A stretch of 64,000 nucleotides of DNA from Haliotis cracherodii (lineage: Eukaryota), in assembly GCF_022045235.1 (NCBI RefSeq), contig NW_027266265.1, positions 45,570,001-45,634,000 of the forward strand. Reading direction: 5' to 3'. Positions 25,525 through 38,800 of the stretch are shown here, in pieces (positions within the stretch are counted from its first letter, which is position 1; each line of letters starts with the position of its first letter). The translations under genes and the position numbers were made by a program. A model generated the notes under the pieces. It did not search any database and was not told where the DNA came from. It saw only the letters and a program-made list of their open reading frames with translations.

Positions 25525-26659
25525 ACTCACTCACTCACCCGCACACCCACCCACCCACTCACTCACTCACTCACTCACTCACTCACTCACTCACTCACTC
25601 ACTCACTCACATTTTTTCTGTTAGCGTTTTTGCACAAGTAGAATATCCTGTATCAACTTCATAATACAGGGAATGTATGTGTTGTGGTACAGATCCGGGA
25701 AGAATTTTGAGGGTTCTTAAAGAAGAGGAAAAACTTACATTTTAATATACCACCTGTCTGATACGCGTTAATTCTAAGCCAGTTTTGGTGTTTGTCGCTT
25801 TAGCAGAAATTTCTTAAGGTTATGGAGGGAGTATGGTGTTACTCTGTTTTAACAACATTCCAGCAATAAAACGACGCGGGACACCACATCCGATCTTCAC
25901 ACAGTGTACCCATGTGGGGAATCGAACCCGGGCCTTCGACGCGAGGAGCGAACGCTGTAACTACTTGGCTACAATAATACTGCCACTCATTTAGAAACAT
26001 ATTCACGGTGCGACATTTAACCGATCAAGTCGTCTCAAACCCAAATCCAAAACCCAGCGTACATGACAACGCACACACGCACGGGGTACTTTCCGTCACA
26101 CAAGTGTACACAAAATATATCACAAGGTTAGCCCATAAACAGTACTAACTTCAGCAATACTAATTCTTTATCATTATCTTTCTCCGCGATCCACCTGTCA
26201 CAACGTGTGTTGTGGTTGACTGACTTTGTGTATTGCATGCATTGGAAACAGCTTGTCAGATATCAGTGCTATATCAAATGATCTTAAGCCCTTCTCTCCA
26301 TGGCTTCTCAAGGACTACAGCTGTAAGCTGTGTGTATTACCCCATAAAGAACACATCTGACATAGACTTCAACAGCTTACAGCCATTCCACCTGAGGACC
26401 CACGCCTACCTTGCAGTCCTCGTTGTTGCCTAGCTCTCAATTCATAACATGCAACTAAATACTTCCATGTCACTATGAATAGCTTCGAGTTCCTCTGTCT
26501 TTCTCTCTGTGTGTGTCTCTCTGTGTGTCTCTCTCTCCCTCTCTCTCCCCTCTCTCGCCCTCTCTCTTTCCCTCTCTTTCCCTTTCTCCCCTATCTCTCT
26601 CTCCTCCCCTTCTCTCTGTCTTTCTCTCTCCGTCACTCTGTGTGTGTCTCTCTGTGTGT

Positions 26660-26800
26660 NNNNNNNNNNNNNNNNNNNNNNNNNNNNNNNNNNNNNNNNN
26701 NNNNNNNNNNNNNNNNNNNNNNNNNNNNNNNNNNNNNNNNNNNNNNNNNNNNNNNNNNNNNNNNNNNNNNNNNNNNNNNNNNNNNNNNNNNNNNNNNNNN
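26660..26800. other. Assembly gap (others: 40326-40461, 56496-56626, 59230-59368)
   Basis: N runs next to microsatellites or SINEs. Confidence 0.99.
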
Positions 26801-27339
26801 TACTTCGCGTAACCATACTTGTCACTGTGTGAGAGTGTAGACACATATAATTACTGGTCACATATGTATGAAAACGCAATTCAGCATCTTATATAATTCT
26901 AATAAGCTGACAGTTCTAATTAGAAAAAAACTCGTTATTTAATACATACAATTTGCCGCAAACTATAGCTTAAAGCAATATCAACGAAATTTCTTTGAAA
27001 ATACATTCCTTGGGATCAAGCGATCACAGTCGAGGTATCTATGCTCCAGTTATATTTATGCCTCAGTTACCACGCCTGTGAATGTCGGTGTAATACCTGA
27101 CGTCCGTCCGTGATGTTGTTAAGCTCCCGTGTAAGCGGTAATGGTGATGGGGGAGAGGATGGACTTTGGAGGATGAGATGTACGGTTTACCGTATATACC
27201 AGACAGACAGACAGACAGACAAATGTATTCGGTACTACAGGCCACCGGCCCATAATACAATGGAAATATACTGTATATATATTTGCATGCTGAGTAGATT
27301 TAATCATGATTTACCGTTCCACACTGTGTTTCCTTTCAA

Positions 27340-27730
27340 TGTTCATGACTTGGGAGAGAAATTTACCTAAGCCTTTTATAATTTGTTCGTTTTCAGCTGA
27401 CATAAGTCTTATAAAATTCTCAATAGAGGGAGGGGTAACGAGACGCTTGGGAAAAGAGTTTCTTCTTGCTCTCGAATACTAGTCACAAATCATAAGAACA
27501 TGGAATTCATCTTCTACATGGTTATGTCCCTTTGAAAAACAGAAAGTGCAGACACGTTCCTTATGTGGGATGTTGTTGTGACGCCCCAGTTCAACAGCAA
27601 TTCTGAAATTATTACATCGGAACATGGCTATAAGTCTACGTTGGTAAGAAGACATATCACAAGTAATATATGATTCCACATTTAGTAATGACTTGAACTG
27701 TGAGCAGTAATTGCATTTCGTTGATGATGT
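27340..27730 (-). mobile_element. 3' remnant of a CR1/L2-group LINE ORF2
   Basis: FRCNNFRIAVELGRHNNIPHKERVCTFC...VEDEFHVLMIC C-terminal knuckle. Confidence 0.7.
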
Positions 27731-27909
27731 CAGGGAAAAGTGCCAATTTTGAGTGAGGCAGTATAGACCGTATATACCGTTCTATAAGAACAAGGTTTAC
27801 AGTATTCAACTTACCACAGGAAAAACTCACCTTTGAACAAACACGGTTAACTGAAAGTGTTAAGATATTCCTCACCGTATTTTATCAGTTAAAGCTCACC
27901 TAAATCGTA

Positions 27910-29855
27910 ATGCCATAAGAAAAGGTCCACCGCATACACCATGTCATAAGTAAAGGTTCACCGTATACACCATGTCATAAGTAAAGGTCCACCGTATACG
28001 CCATGTCATAAGTAAAGGTTCACCGTATACACTTTGTCATGAGTAAAGGTCCACCGTATACACTATGTCATAAGTAAAGGTTAACCGTATACACTATGTC
28101 ATAAGTAAAGGCTCACCATATACACCATGTCTTAAATAAAGGCTCACCATATACACCATGACATAAGTAAAGGCTCACCATATACACCATGTCATAAGTC
28201 AAGGCTCACCATATACACCATGTCATAAGTAAAGGCTCACCATATACACCATGTCATAAATAAAGGCTCACCGTATACACCATGTCATAAGTAAAGGCTC
28301 ACCATATGCACCATATCATAAGTCAAGGCTCACCATAGACACCATGTCATAAATCAAGGCTCACCGTATACATCATGTCATAAGTCAAGGCTCACCGCAT
28401 ACACCATGTCATAAGTAACGGATCACCGTATACACCAAGTCATAAGTCATGGCTCACCATATACACCAAGTCATAAGTCAAGGCTCACCATATACACCAT
28501 ATCATAAGTCAAGGCTCACCATATACATCATGCCATAGGTAACGGTTCACCATATACACCATGTCATAAGTACAGGGTCACCGTATACACCATGTCATAA
28601 GTAAAGGTTCACCATATACACCATGTCATAAGTCAAGGCTCACCGTATACACCATGTCATAAGTAAAGGTCCACCGTATACGCCATGTCATAAGTAAAGG
28701 TTCACCGTATACACTTTGTCATGAGTAAAGGTCCACCGTATACACTATGTCATAAGTAAAGGTTAACCGTATACACTATGTCATAAGTAAAGGCTCACCA
28801 TATACACCATGTCTTAAATAAAGGCTCACCATATACACCATGACATAAGTAAAGGCTCACCATATACACCATGTCATAAGTCAAGGCTCACCATATACAC
28901 CATGTCATAAGTAAAGGCTCACCATATACACCATGTCATAAATAAAGGCTCACCGTATACACCATGTCATAAGTAAAGGCTCACCATATGCACCATATCA
29001 TAAGTCAAGGCTCACCATAGACACCATGTCATAAATCAAGGCTCACCGTATACATCATGTCATAAGTCAAGGCTCACCGCATACACCATGTCATAAGTAA
29101 CGGATCACCGTATACACCAAGTCATAAGTCATGGCTCACCATATACACCAAGTCATAAGTCAAGGCTCACCATATACACCATATCATAAGTCAAGGCTCA
29201 CCATATACATCATGCCATAGGTAACGGTTCACCATATACACCATGTCATAAGTACAGGGTCACCGTATACACCATGTCATAAGTAAAGGTTCACCATATA
29301 CACCATGTCATAAGTCAAGGCTCACCGTATACACCATGTCATAAGTAAAGGCTCACCATATGCACCATGTCATAAGTCAAGGCTCACCATATACACCATG
29401 CCATAAGTAAAGGTTCAACGTATACACCATGTCATAAGTCAAGGTTCACCATATACACCGTGTCATAAGTCAAGGCTCACCATAGACACCATGTTATAAG
29501 TCAAGGCTCACCATATATACCATGTCATAAGTCAAGGCTCACCATATTCACCGTGTCATAAGTCAAGGCTCACCGTATACACTATGTCATAAGTCAAGGC
29601 TCACCGTATACACCATGTCATAAGTCAAGGCTCACCATATACGCCATGTTATGAGTCAAGGCTCACCATATACACCATGTCATAAGTAAAGGCTCACCAT
29701 ATACACCAAGTCATAAGTCAAGGCTCACCATATACACCAAGTCATAAGTCAAGGCTCACCATATACACCATGTCAGAAGTCAAGGCTCACCATATACACC
29801 AAGTCATAAGTCAAGGCTCACCGTACACACCATGTTGTGTTATAAGTCAAGGCTG
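27910..29855. repeat. 31-bp minisatellite (CACCATATACACCATGTCATAAGTCAAGGCT)n
   Basis: About 62 units; 682-bp higher-order duplication. Confidence 0.96.
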
Positions 29856-30664
29856 AACAAGGGGATGCTCAATTACTAAAAAAAATATAGTTCGCTTTTA
29901 ATCACACATCTTGCACACTGAAGTCGATATTGACTTTCCGCTCTCGATGAAATAATTAAATTGAAACCAATATAATGTATAGAGTCGAGATAGGGGTAAT
30001 CAGAGACTATGTCGGTATATGGTCTTTGGAGTAATACAAAAAGAAGAAGACCCGAGAAGATCCGGGGTAGAATAGGTCTTTAGCAATCCATGCTTGCCTT
30101 AAAAGCGACTATGCTTGTAAGAGGCGTCGAACGGGATCGGGTGGTCAGGCTCGGGGACTTGGTTGATGCATGTCATCGTATCCCATGCATGGATCGATGC
30201 TCATGATGTCAATCACTGGATTGCCTCGTCCAGACTCGATTATTTACAGACCGCAGTCATACAGCTGGAATATTGCTGAGTGCGGCGTTAAACAACAAAC
30301 ATACACACAAACAAAACAGGCTTAAGAACACAAGAAAATGAATACCGGGTGAAGATGTGACAGTTCACTCTCCAAGCGCCTCCATGTACGGATCATTTAA
30401 GGACAATGCACCCCATGATTTCTCTTTGCGGAATGTACTGGTTGAGTGAACATGGATAAATTCAAGTCATAATCATACACCATGACAGTGAAAGCCTACA
30501 CTGACTCCGTCCTGGATAATTGTAAATTGACACATGGTTAAAACAAGCTGTCGCGTTGGAAGCCCTGGTGCCTGGACACATCGCCGACCAGAACACAGGG
30601 CTGTCAGTATAGGAAGTGTATAGTCCCAGCATCCGGGCTCAGTTCGGACAGCGTATCCGGCGAG

Positions 30665-30740
30665 TTTGAGCAATCAGTTAACGACAGGGCTGTTGAGGAT
30701 ATAAGAGGACCAGGACACTGTGTGGTCAAATCAGAGACTG
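30665..30740 (+). promoter_or_regulatory. Candidate TATA promoter for the TG-2 MGNLFS exon
   Basis: GCAATC about 30670, TATAAG 30700-30705, Inr-like TCAGAG 30731, ATG 30763. Confidence 0.5.
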
Positions 30741-30762
30741 TGGGATTAACGCGCGCACAAGG

Positions 30763-30785
30763 ATGGGGAACTTATTCAGTCGAAG
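30763..30785 (+). CDS. TG-2 candidate first coding exon MGNLFSR (N-myristoylation motif)
   Basis: ATG GGG AAC TTA TTC AGT CGA AG|gtgagg; phase 2 matches the acceptor at 35349; TATA box upstream. Confidence 0.7.
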
Positions 30786-33700
30786 GTGAGGCTGAATTAT
30801 CTTGACCTTAGATATATTTGATGTTGACTTCATCATGTGTAATTGGTAACGGTTGATGTAAGTTTAGACTTATGACAAATTTCGCTGAGATAGGGATTTG
30901 CAAACTAGTTACTTTTCTTCTTTTAAGTAGAATGAAAAATCTTGTTTCAATGTTTATCTCATGACCAGAGCACGTATAGTCACGGGTTTCATTATTATTA
31001 CCGTTAATGTTTGTTGTTCTATGTAAATATGTGACCAAAATGTACAGTATATGTAAATCAATATATATTCTGTCAATTATATGTATAATAACACAGACAT
31101 GGCCAACATATGGTGTATGTAATACATTGCTATGAATTCTACAAATATCGGCGTGTTCACTCAGCTACGGTTTCAATGAATACCTTTTAGTGAGTTCATG
31201 GGTGGCCTAGTAAGGGGAGACAATTCACCGTGCGGTGTTACCTCACTTATTTGTTCCAGGATCAGTTGACCGCGTGTTCGAATATCCGATTACTCCGATC
31301 ATGGTTCTTGCCCTGTACGCGTTATTTTCGTGTGATCGACCACAGCAATACATGAGTCACCATCGTCCCACAGTAAACTCATATACTGTGATAATGCGAA
31401 ATAATGCTCAAAGTAGCTTTACATCCATCTGACGTTGTATACACTGACCGCAATAGTGTTTTTAAGAAAACGTACAACTTTATGGATAACAACTTCTGGT
31501 TTAATGCATATAGTGACTGAACTCCAGCTTGATAGCGGTGAACGAATTACCCTCGAAACGTCGCTATATGCGATATAGAAAACTAGAAGCGAGGAGTAAA
31601 TTTTTACGCCGCTTTTAGCAATATTCCAACAATATCACGGCGGGGGACACCAGAAATGGGCTTCACACATTGTACCCATGTCGGGAATCGAACGCGGGTC
31701 TTCTGCTTGACGAGCGAACGCTTTAATCACTAGGCTACCCCACCGCCTTAAACCACAAGTGTTATCTATAAAGTTATACTTTTTCTTATTTATTCATCAC
31801 CTTCAGAATGCCAGTGAAACATAGTTTTGAAGGGCAGTTATAAAAGTACGTTTTATTAGAAGTAGAAGTACCAAGCCATATCATCTGCAACGCATTATCC
31901 ACCACAATGCGAGACTGTCAGAACATTAAACATTCTACGGAAATGGCCTTTTTCGGAAACAATGTAGCCATGGAAAAATAACCTTGCCCCATTTCTTAAC
32001 ATGTATATGCGTATACCATGTCCTTGACCTTCGTGCTTTTAGGCGTATATACGTATTTATTCCGTATGTCAAAGTTGCCTTGCTCGTTGGTTTGGAAACG
32101 TGTAGCGTATATTATTTCAAGATTGGATAATAACCTTGTTCCTTGCTTTTAAAGTTGTGCACCCCTTACTGGTATGGCTATGAGAGGTTTTCTCTATCGC
32201 AGGTCCAAGATTAGATGGTCAGTTTTGTACGGTGTCATGTGTCCAGTGATACCTTGACCCCAACTATTCCATGTTTGAACTGTTTTCTATGACTAATGTG
32301 ATATGACATGCAGACCGCATTAGTTCAAACGCTGTGAGTATAGGCCGACCTACACGTAACGCTCTACGAGTTAGGCTTATTTGTGGAATGTCCATTGTCC
32401 CGCGTCAACACAGCAACAAATAACAAATAACAACAAAACAACATGGTTTGCATGTTACTCGTCATATAAAGAAGAATATCGATATCTGGTTTAGGAAAAG
32501 CATGCACTATAATATAAAATACCCCATGAAATCGTCAGAAAAAATCTCTTGTGTGACAAATGCACTGCAATGACGGTCACGCTGTATGATTTGGCGTGAC
32601 GGTAAGTGTACTGTGAAGATATAGGTCAGATATAATACAGTTGTTCTTACCACAGCTGTTGGCGGTGCATATAGTCAATCAGTTTCCACTATTAATATGA
32701 TTTGTGTTTATTGCAAGCTCGGCAGACCATCATTGCAACGACGCCCCTACCTCTGCTGAAGTGTTATTGTCGCTCTGCTGATTGGGAAAATTGAAACATC
32801 ACCACTCAACTAAAATTATAGCGTCACTGTAAAATTCACCAACGGTATCAACTGATGTTATGATGCTCATATGTGTATCACTGAATATTCACTGCGGGGT
32901 TTAACAAAAAAAAGGGGCGTAGGGTAGCCTAGTGGTTAAAGTGTTCGCCTGTCACGCCGAAGCCTCGGGTTCGATTATTCGCGATCGGGTGTCCCGGTGG
33001 TGATATTATTGGAATATGGCTTAAAGTGACATTAAACACACTCACTTACTCCGGAAACAAATTTGAAGGTTTAATTGTCATCAGGGTTAACCTTAGATAT
33101 ACATGTATATCGCCGGGCATACTGGGTGCCCTGAAATTTGTGTTGTGAAAAGAAATCAAATTAAAAAATACCTGCCTCTTATTAATGTCTATATGTACAT
33201 CACTTCATATTGGACGTGTTGCACTTTACCCATGGGAGTATGAGCCGTATGAATTTAAACTGTCGGGCAAAAAAACTATATACCTGAAAATTAGATTTGA
33301 CCAAAACAATATAAACGTTTACAAAACAGTCGCCGAAACATTGTAAACTTAAGTCTCAAACATCAGCATCGAAGAATAATTGCTTGTTTGTTTCATCATT
33401 ACCTACGGCCACCATCAAATACGTGTGTATACTTTCTTTTGCCCGGCACTTTACCTAGTACCTTTTAGTGTGACAACTTTTATAGCTGTGAACAAGAACT
33501 GAGAAAATTTAGACTCTTGATATATTGATTCACGTGTCACAATTGCGAAAACTTATGTGCAAATTATATCACTGTAATACACTTAGTCGTATATTTTGTT
33601 CACAGCATCTTATATAATTACTTGTTTTTTTTAACTGAAGGTGCTCTTCTGGTTTCACGTTTGTTATGATGTAATTGTGTTTGCATTTATTAACTAAACT

Positions 33701-35839
33701 TTATATTATGTCAATAAAGATGAGTAACATCTACAATACATTCTATCATGTTTCAAGAACCAATCAAGTCAATGTCTCAATTTTTAATTACCAAAGAAGT
33801 TACTTTACGCCTCGTAGGACCAAAATAGATCCAAATAAATATGAGGAGATTAAATTAAGGTCTCAGTTCACTTCAGTCCATTTCTCCAAAATCCAGTCTC
33901 ATTTTCAGGCAACATGTATACTGACTGAAAAGTTCAGTCAATATGTACATTGCCTGAGTGAATCAGTCAATATGTACATTGCCTGAGTGAATCAGACAAT
34001 ATACATATTGCCTGATGATAGGCATTGATTGTGAGATATTTGCATAACACCCGGTACTTTATGTCTGTTCACTACTTGCTAATAGACAACAATTGCTTAA
34101 ACACCTGGCTATTAACATGTATATGTATAATTCGCATGCAGAACACGGTGTATGTAACAGATTATACCCATATCTTTAACACCAGCCGGTGGGGGGAAGT
34201 ATTCACTGATAGATAACACTTATGGCGATTTATCACTAACTTCAATAAAAGTATTTGACTTTTATTTTTCAATTATATATTAAACTTTTTCATTACAGTA
34301 AACTACGGTTATAACGAACACGCTTATAACGAACTTACGGATATAACGAACTTACTTTTTTGGTCCCGACTATTTGCTGTAGTTATGGTGTATATATGCT
34401 TATAACGAACTACGGTTATAACGAACTAAAATTAGTAGTCCCTTTGAGTTCGTTTTAACCGTACTTTACTGTATTTGAAAGAGGAGTTAATATCGTTAAC
34501 TGTTCAATCGCTTTTGTTCATCAACCTCGCTATATGGCTGAAATAATGCTGATGCGACGTTAGATTTAAACTCACCTGTTCATCAACAGTATACCTTCCA
34601 CTAACATGTATCAGTCGAACGATGCACTAGGTTAAACACTGTAGTTGTACAACGTGAGGTGTTTACTGATGTATGGACAATAATTAAGAAATGACTTATT
34701 GTGTAGTTTATGTTAATTATAACTCTCTAAACACAATAATATATAAGTTAATACAATAAATACAACAATAATATCTTCACAGACTGCTAATTTAATCTTT
34801 AAAACAAAGAAAACTGTAGACAGCGTTACGAAATCAGTGCAATAATGCGACGCAAGCCCCGCCCCCTATTATCAACCAATCAGGAAACAGTTGTCAGCTA
34901 GTGGGCGCGGCCTAATTTTCTTTTTTTTTGGTTTCTGGAAGCGTAAGCGCAAACAATATTGCTTGTTTAGCCAATCAATTGTAATTGAATCACTTGCAGT
35001 TTATAATTTGTGTGTCAACGTATATGTGTATATGCGTCAGGGTGTACGTGTGTACACTCCTGTTTCGTTGTGAGTACCCACTTAGCTTCGTGAAACTGGA
35101 TTTTTGACCTTAGCAGATTTTGACAAAATTTAGAAAATGAACAGCCAAAGACAAGTTAGATAGTCGGTATTGTTTCAGTGTTTTCCTAAATCTAGGTGCA
35201 TGTACTTTGTACGCCTATTGTCCTTGTCGAAAGCAGGACGGGTATATTTCAGTTTCGGTTTCACGTAACTGCCTGGCGATCAGGAGCATATTGTGTACGT
35301 CTACATCACGTGGTGGGCAAAGTGATTATTGGTAATTTGTCGTTACAGTGATTCAGGGGAGATCACCCAGCCGCGACTCACGTCTGCTCAGCCCATAGGA
35401 GACCCAGCACCACAGCCACCGCCACCAGCAACAGCAGCAGCAGCAGCGGACGACTTCGCCATGTACCGACATCGATACAGGGGCTACAGGCCAAGCTACA
35501 CTTTCAATCCAAACAGGTAGGGTTGACACAGTGGGTGGGTTGGTGATGGAGTATAAGGTAGTTATTAAAGTTATATCACACCAAAGGGAGTGGACTTTTC
35601 TCCCACATGAAGCTGACACGCCGTGGTATAACTGGAATATTGTCCAAAGCGGCGTTAAACTCAACTAACTCACTCACTCAGTTAACCAACTTTCCGAGGC
35701 AAGTGTGTTCACTAGAATATATCAAAGTCTGGTAGAAACTACACCTTTGGTATAGGCTGGTGATCACTCTTGCTTCGGGAAGATGTCACCGTAAGGGGTA
35801 GGAAAAGTCAGGCAGGTCGTAGACATTTACCGTTGTTTG

Positions 35840-35887
<48 letters not shown>

Positions 35888-38800
35888 CGTTTCCCTGGCC
35901 GGTGGTTTGATTCCCCGCTAAAGTGTGGTATGTTGTGGTGTCGACTTAACGGGCTAATACAAGGACTAAATTTTCGGAGTCAGTAAACATAGTGTGTCTA
36001 AGTAGGGTATTTGTGTTAAACTGAGACATGGTATCTCCGTGGGCTAGAACTTTGAAACCGGCATAGTACAAACAGCATCACACACGTACGAGCGCGTCGC
36101 TGTTGGAGGGAAAACATCCTGAATGCGAGGTTAAATCCTATTTCCCTTACCTCATCACCATCGTTGTTGTTATTGTTGTTGTTCATGCTGTTGTTGTTGA
36201 TCAGGTCCAGCTACTACAGATATGCCCGGCGATACCCATCCTACAGCTATCCAAGATGGCGCCCACGGGCGAGCGAGCGTGACCGACGTTTCCTCACCTT
36301 CCTCAACGACGACAGATACAGGAACAGAGACTTGAACAGAATACACAGACCTAGTACGTGACGGCGTTGCCGCGATCTACGACAGTCTTTAAAAAGACAC
36401 TAAATAATATTCGTCCACTAGAAATTATTAGAAAAAATACACTCACCGCCAAGAGAAATGCGAATACCATACATGTTGGTTAATATAATATTTTATGAAG
36501 AATTACTAATATTCAAAATATATTAGATTAGTTTGATGTACAAATGAACATACTGGCATGCTGTGTGAACCGACGCTCATAAACGCATCACATGTGACGT
36601 CATAGATCCATAATTCGAGATGCACCATTTGTCTCGTTCAGGATTAGCGTGTAAAGTTTGAAATCACGTTTAGCAGATCTTGATAAGAATAAAGACACTC
36701 TGTGGTAACGCTTGACTGATTGTTAGTTTTCTCATAAATTGGTACACATTGGAAACATATTTTCTCAACGTACATACTTCTCTATATGTTTCTATGGATC
36801 GCGTTTCTTTTGGCGGTGAGTATACATTGTGTTGATACAGTTAGTGAACAAGTACATAACACGATATGTTGTTTATGTGAACAGTTTTATGTTCGTGTAA
36901 ACAAAGGGGAATGATGTTTCACCTTGGTATGAAATTTGAGATAATTGAATGATGAAGTTTACAAAGAGAGGATAGCTTTGATATAGTCTGACTCTCTGAA
37001 CAGAAAATATTTATAGAGGGAGTGTTGATATTTTAAGTGCTGGTGTAGTTGCACGTTTTGATCAGACGAGAAAAACCGTGTTGATGTATACAGAGTCGGG
37101 ATAGTGGGACTTTCTGTACAGAAAGAATAGATAGAGGGAGTGTTAATATATACAGAGTCGGGATAGTGGGACTTTCTGTACAGAAAGAATAGATAGAGGG
37201 AGTGTTAATATATACAGAGTCGGGATAGTGGGACTTTCTGTACAGAAAGAATAGATAGAGGGAGTGTTAATATATACAGAGTCGGGATAGTGGGATTTTC
37301 TGTACAGAAAGAATACATAATTATATAGGAAGCTTGGTTATAGCCACATGGTCGGAATAGCTACCGAGAGGTTTGTGAACGCGGTACTAAAGTCACAGAT
37401 GACTTCGGGGGCAAGACACTTAGTTGCCGGCATAGTGGGGTTGATAGTTGTGGTAGGACGTTGTGACAGTGATGTAACCGACATGTATGTATGTCTACAG
37501 GTGACGAGATAGAAGCAAGCCAACCCGAGGTCCCAGTGGCAGAAGTTGCCACAAGGCTACACGTCAAGGGCGTCGACCTGCACATCGAAGACAATGGACG
37601 CAACCACGTCACAGACATGTACGAGTGTACGTCTGCCCGCACTGCAAGGGATGGTACCCGCAAACCGGCGGAGCTGGTCATCCGTCGGGGCCAAGAGTTC
37701 ACCCTGACCATCAACTTCGACAGGCCGTATGACGTAAAGAAGAATGATATCTCACTGACCTTCAACCTCGGTAAGAAGACTTGTCTTCAAAGCATGTCTT
37801 TCATCTTGCTGGATCGGTAACATATCCAGATTCTCAGGATTCTGGAATAAGATTATCGATATCAGAATTCAACGATTCCGGATTAACGAGCATTTTCAGG
37901 TTGAATAACATTCATTCGGATTCAAAGAGTCCCAGAGTAATGAGTGAGTGAGTATGGTTTTGTGCCGCTTTTAGCAGTATGCCAGCAATATAATGGCGGG
38001 GGACACCGGACACCAGAAATGCAATGGGATTCACACATTGTACCCATGTGGGGAATCGAACCCGTCTTCAGCGTGACGAGCGAATGCCACTAGGCTACCC
38101 TACCGTCCCTGTAGAGTAATGAGGTTGTTCATACCAGTAACATTAGAAGTTTAGGATACTTTCCTGAACTTAATGTAAATATGAAATGTCAAACACTAAC
38201 CATAGTTAGATAAATACCGATGCGACTTTAAATAAACTCACTCACTCACACTTTGTCCACGACAAATAAGCATTGTTTTATCTCCCTTGGGGGTGTTAAA
38301 ACATAATTTAATTATATTTGATTTAATCTAGGGGATGATTACAAACCAAAGAAGAGTATGAACGCGACGTTCAAGGTGGATGAAACGGGCAGCAAGAAAT
38401 ATAAGCCCAAAAAGTGGGGCGCGTCGTTGGTGTCGCAGAAGGGAAATTCCCTCACCGTCTCGGTCTTCGCTCCCGCCTCCATCCCAGTAGGAGAGTGGGA
38501 GTTCAGCGTCAAAACTATCGTGGACGTCAAGGACGGCAAAGATCTCATCTGGCAATACAACCACAATGAAGACATCAACATCCTCTTCAACCCTTTTTGT
38601 GAAGGTAAAAGCAAAACCATTGTGTTGTCACTTCCGACTCAGTTTGTAGTCATATATACACTCAGTAAACTACGTTTATAACGAACACACTTATAACGAA
38701 CTGTCGGATATAACGAACTTATTTTTAGTCCCGACCATTTGTTGTATATATGCTATATATATGCTTATAGCGAACTACGGTTATTACGAACTAAAATTAG

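Noticed and set aside
26442-26879. ORFs spanning N gaps (also 40298, 56391, 59172)
   Set aside because: Artefacts of assembly gaps and CT/GA microsatellites.
27067-27130. Exon candidate cctcag|...|gtaagc
   Set aside because: Stop codons in all three frames and no homology; at most a UTR exon.
13935-29855. 23-, 40- and 31-bp arrays as CRISPR
   Set aside because: Units are contiguous with no unique spacers, no cas genes are present, and the context is eukaryotic.
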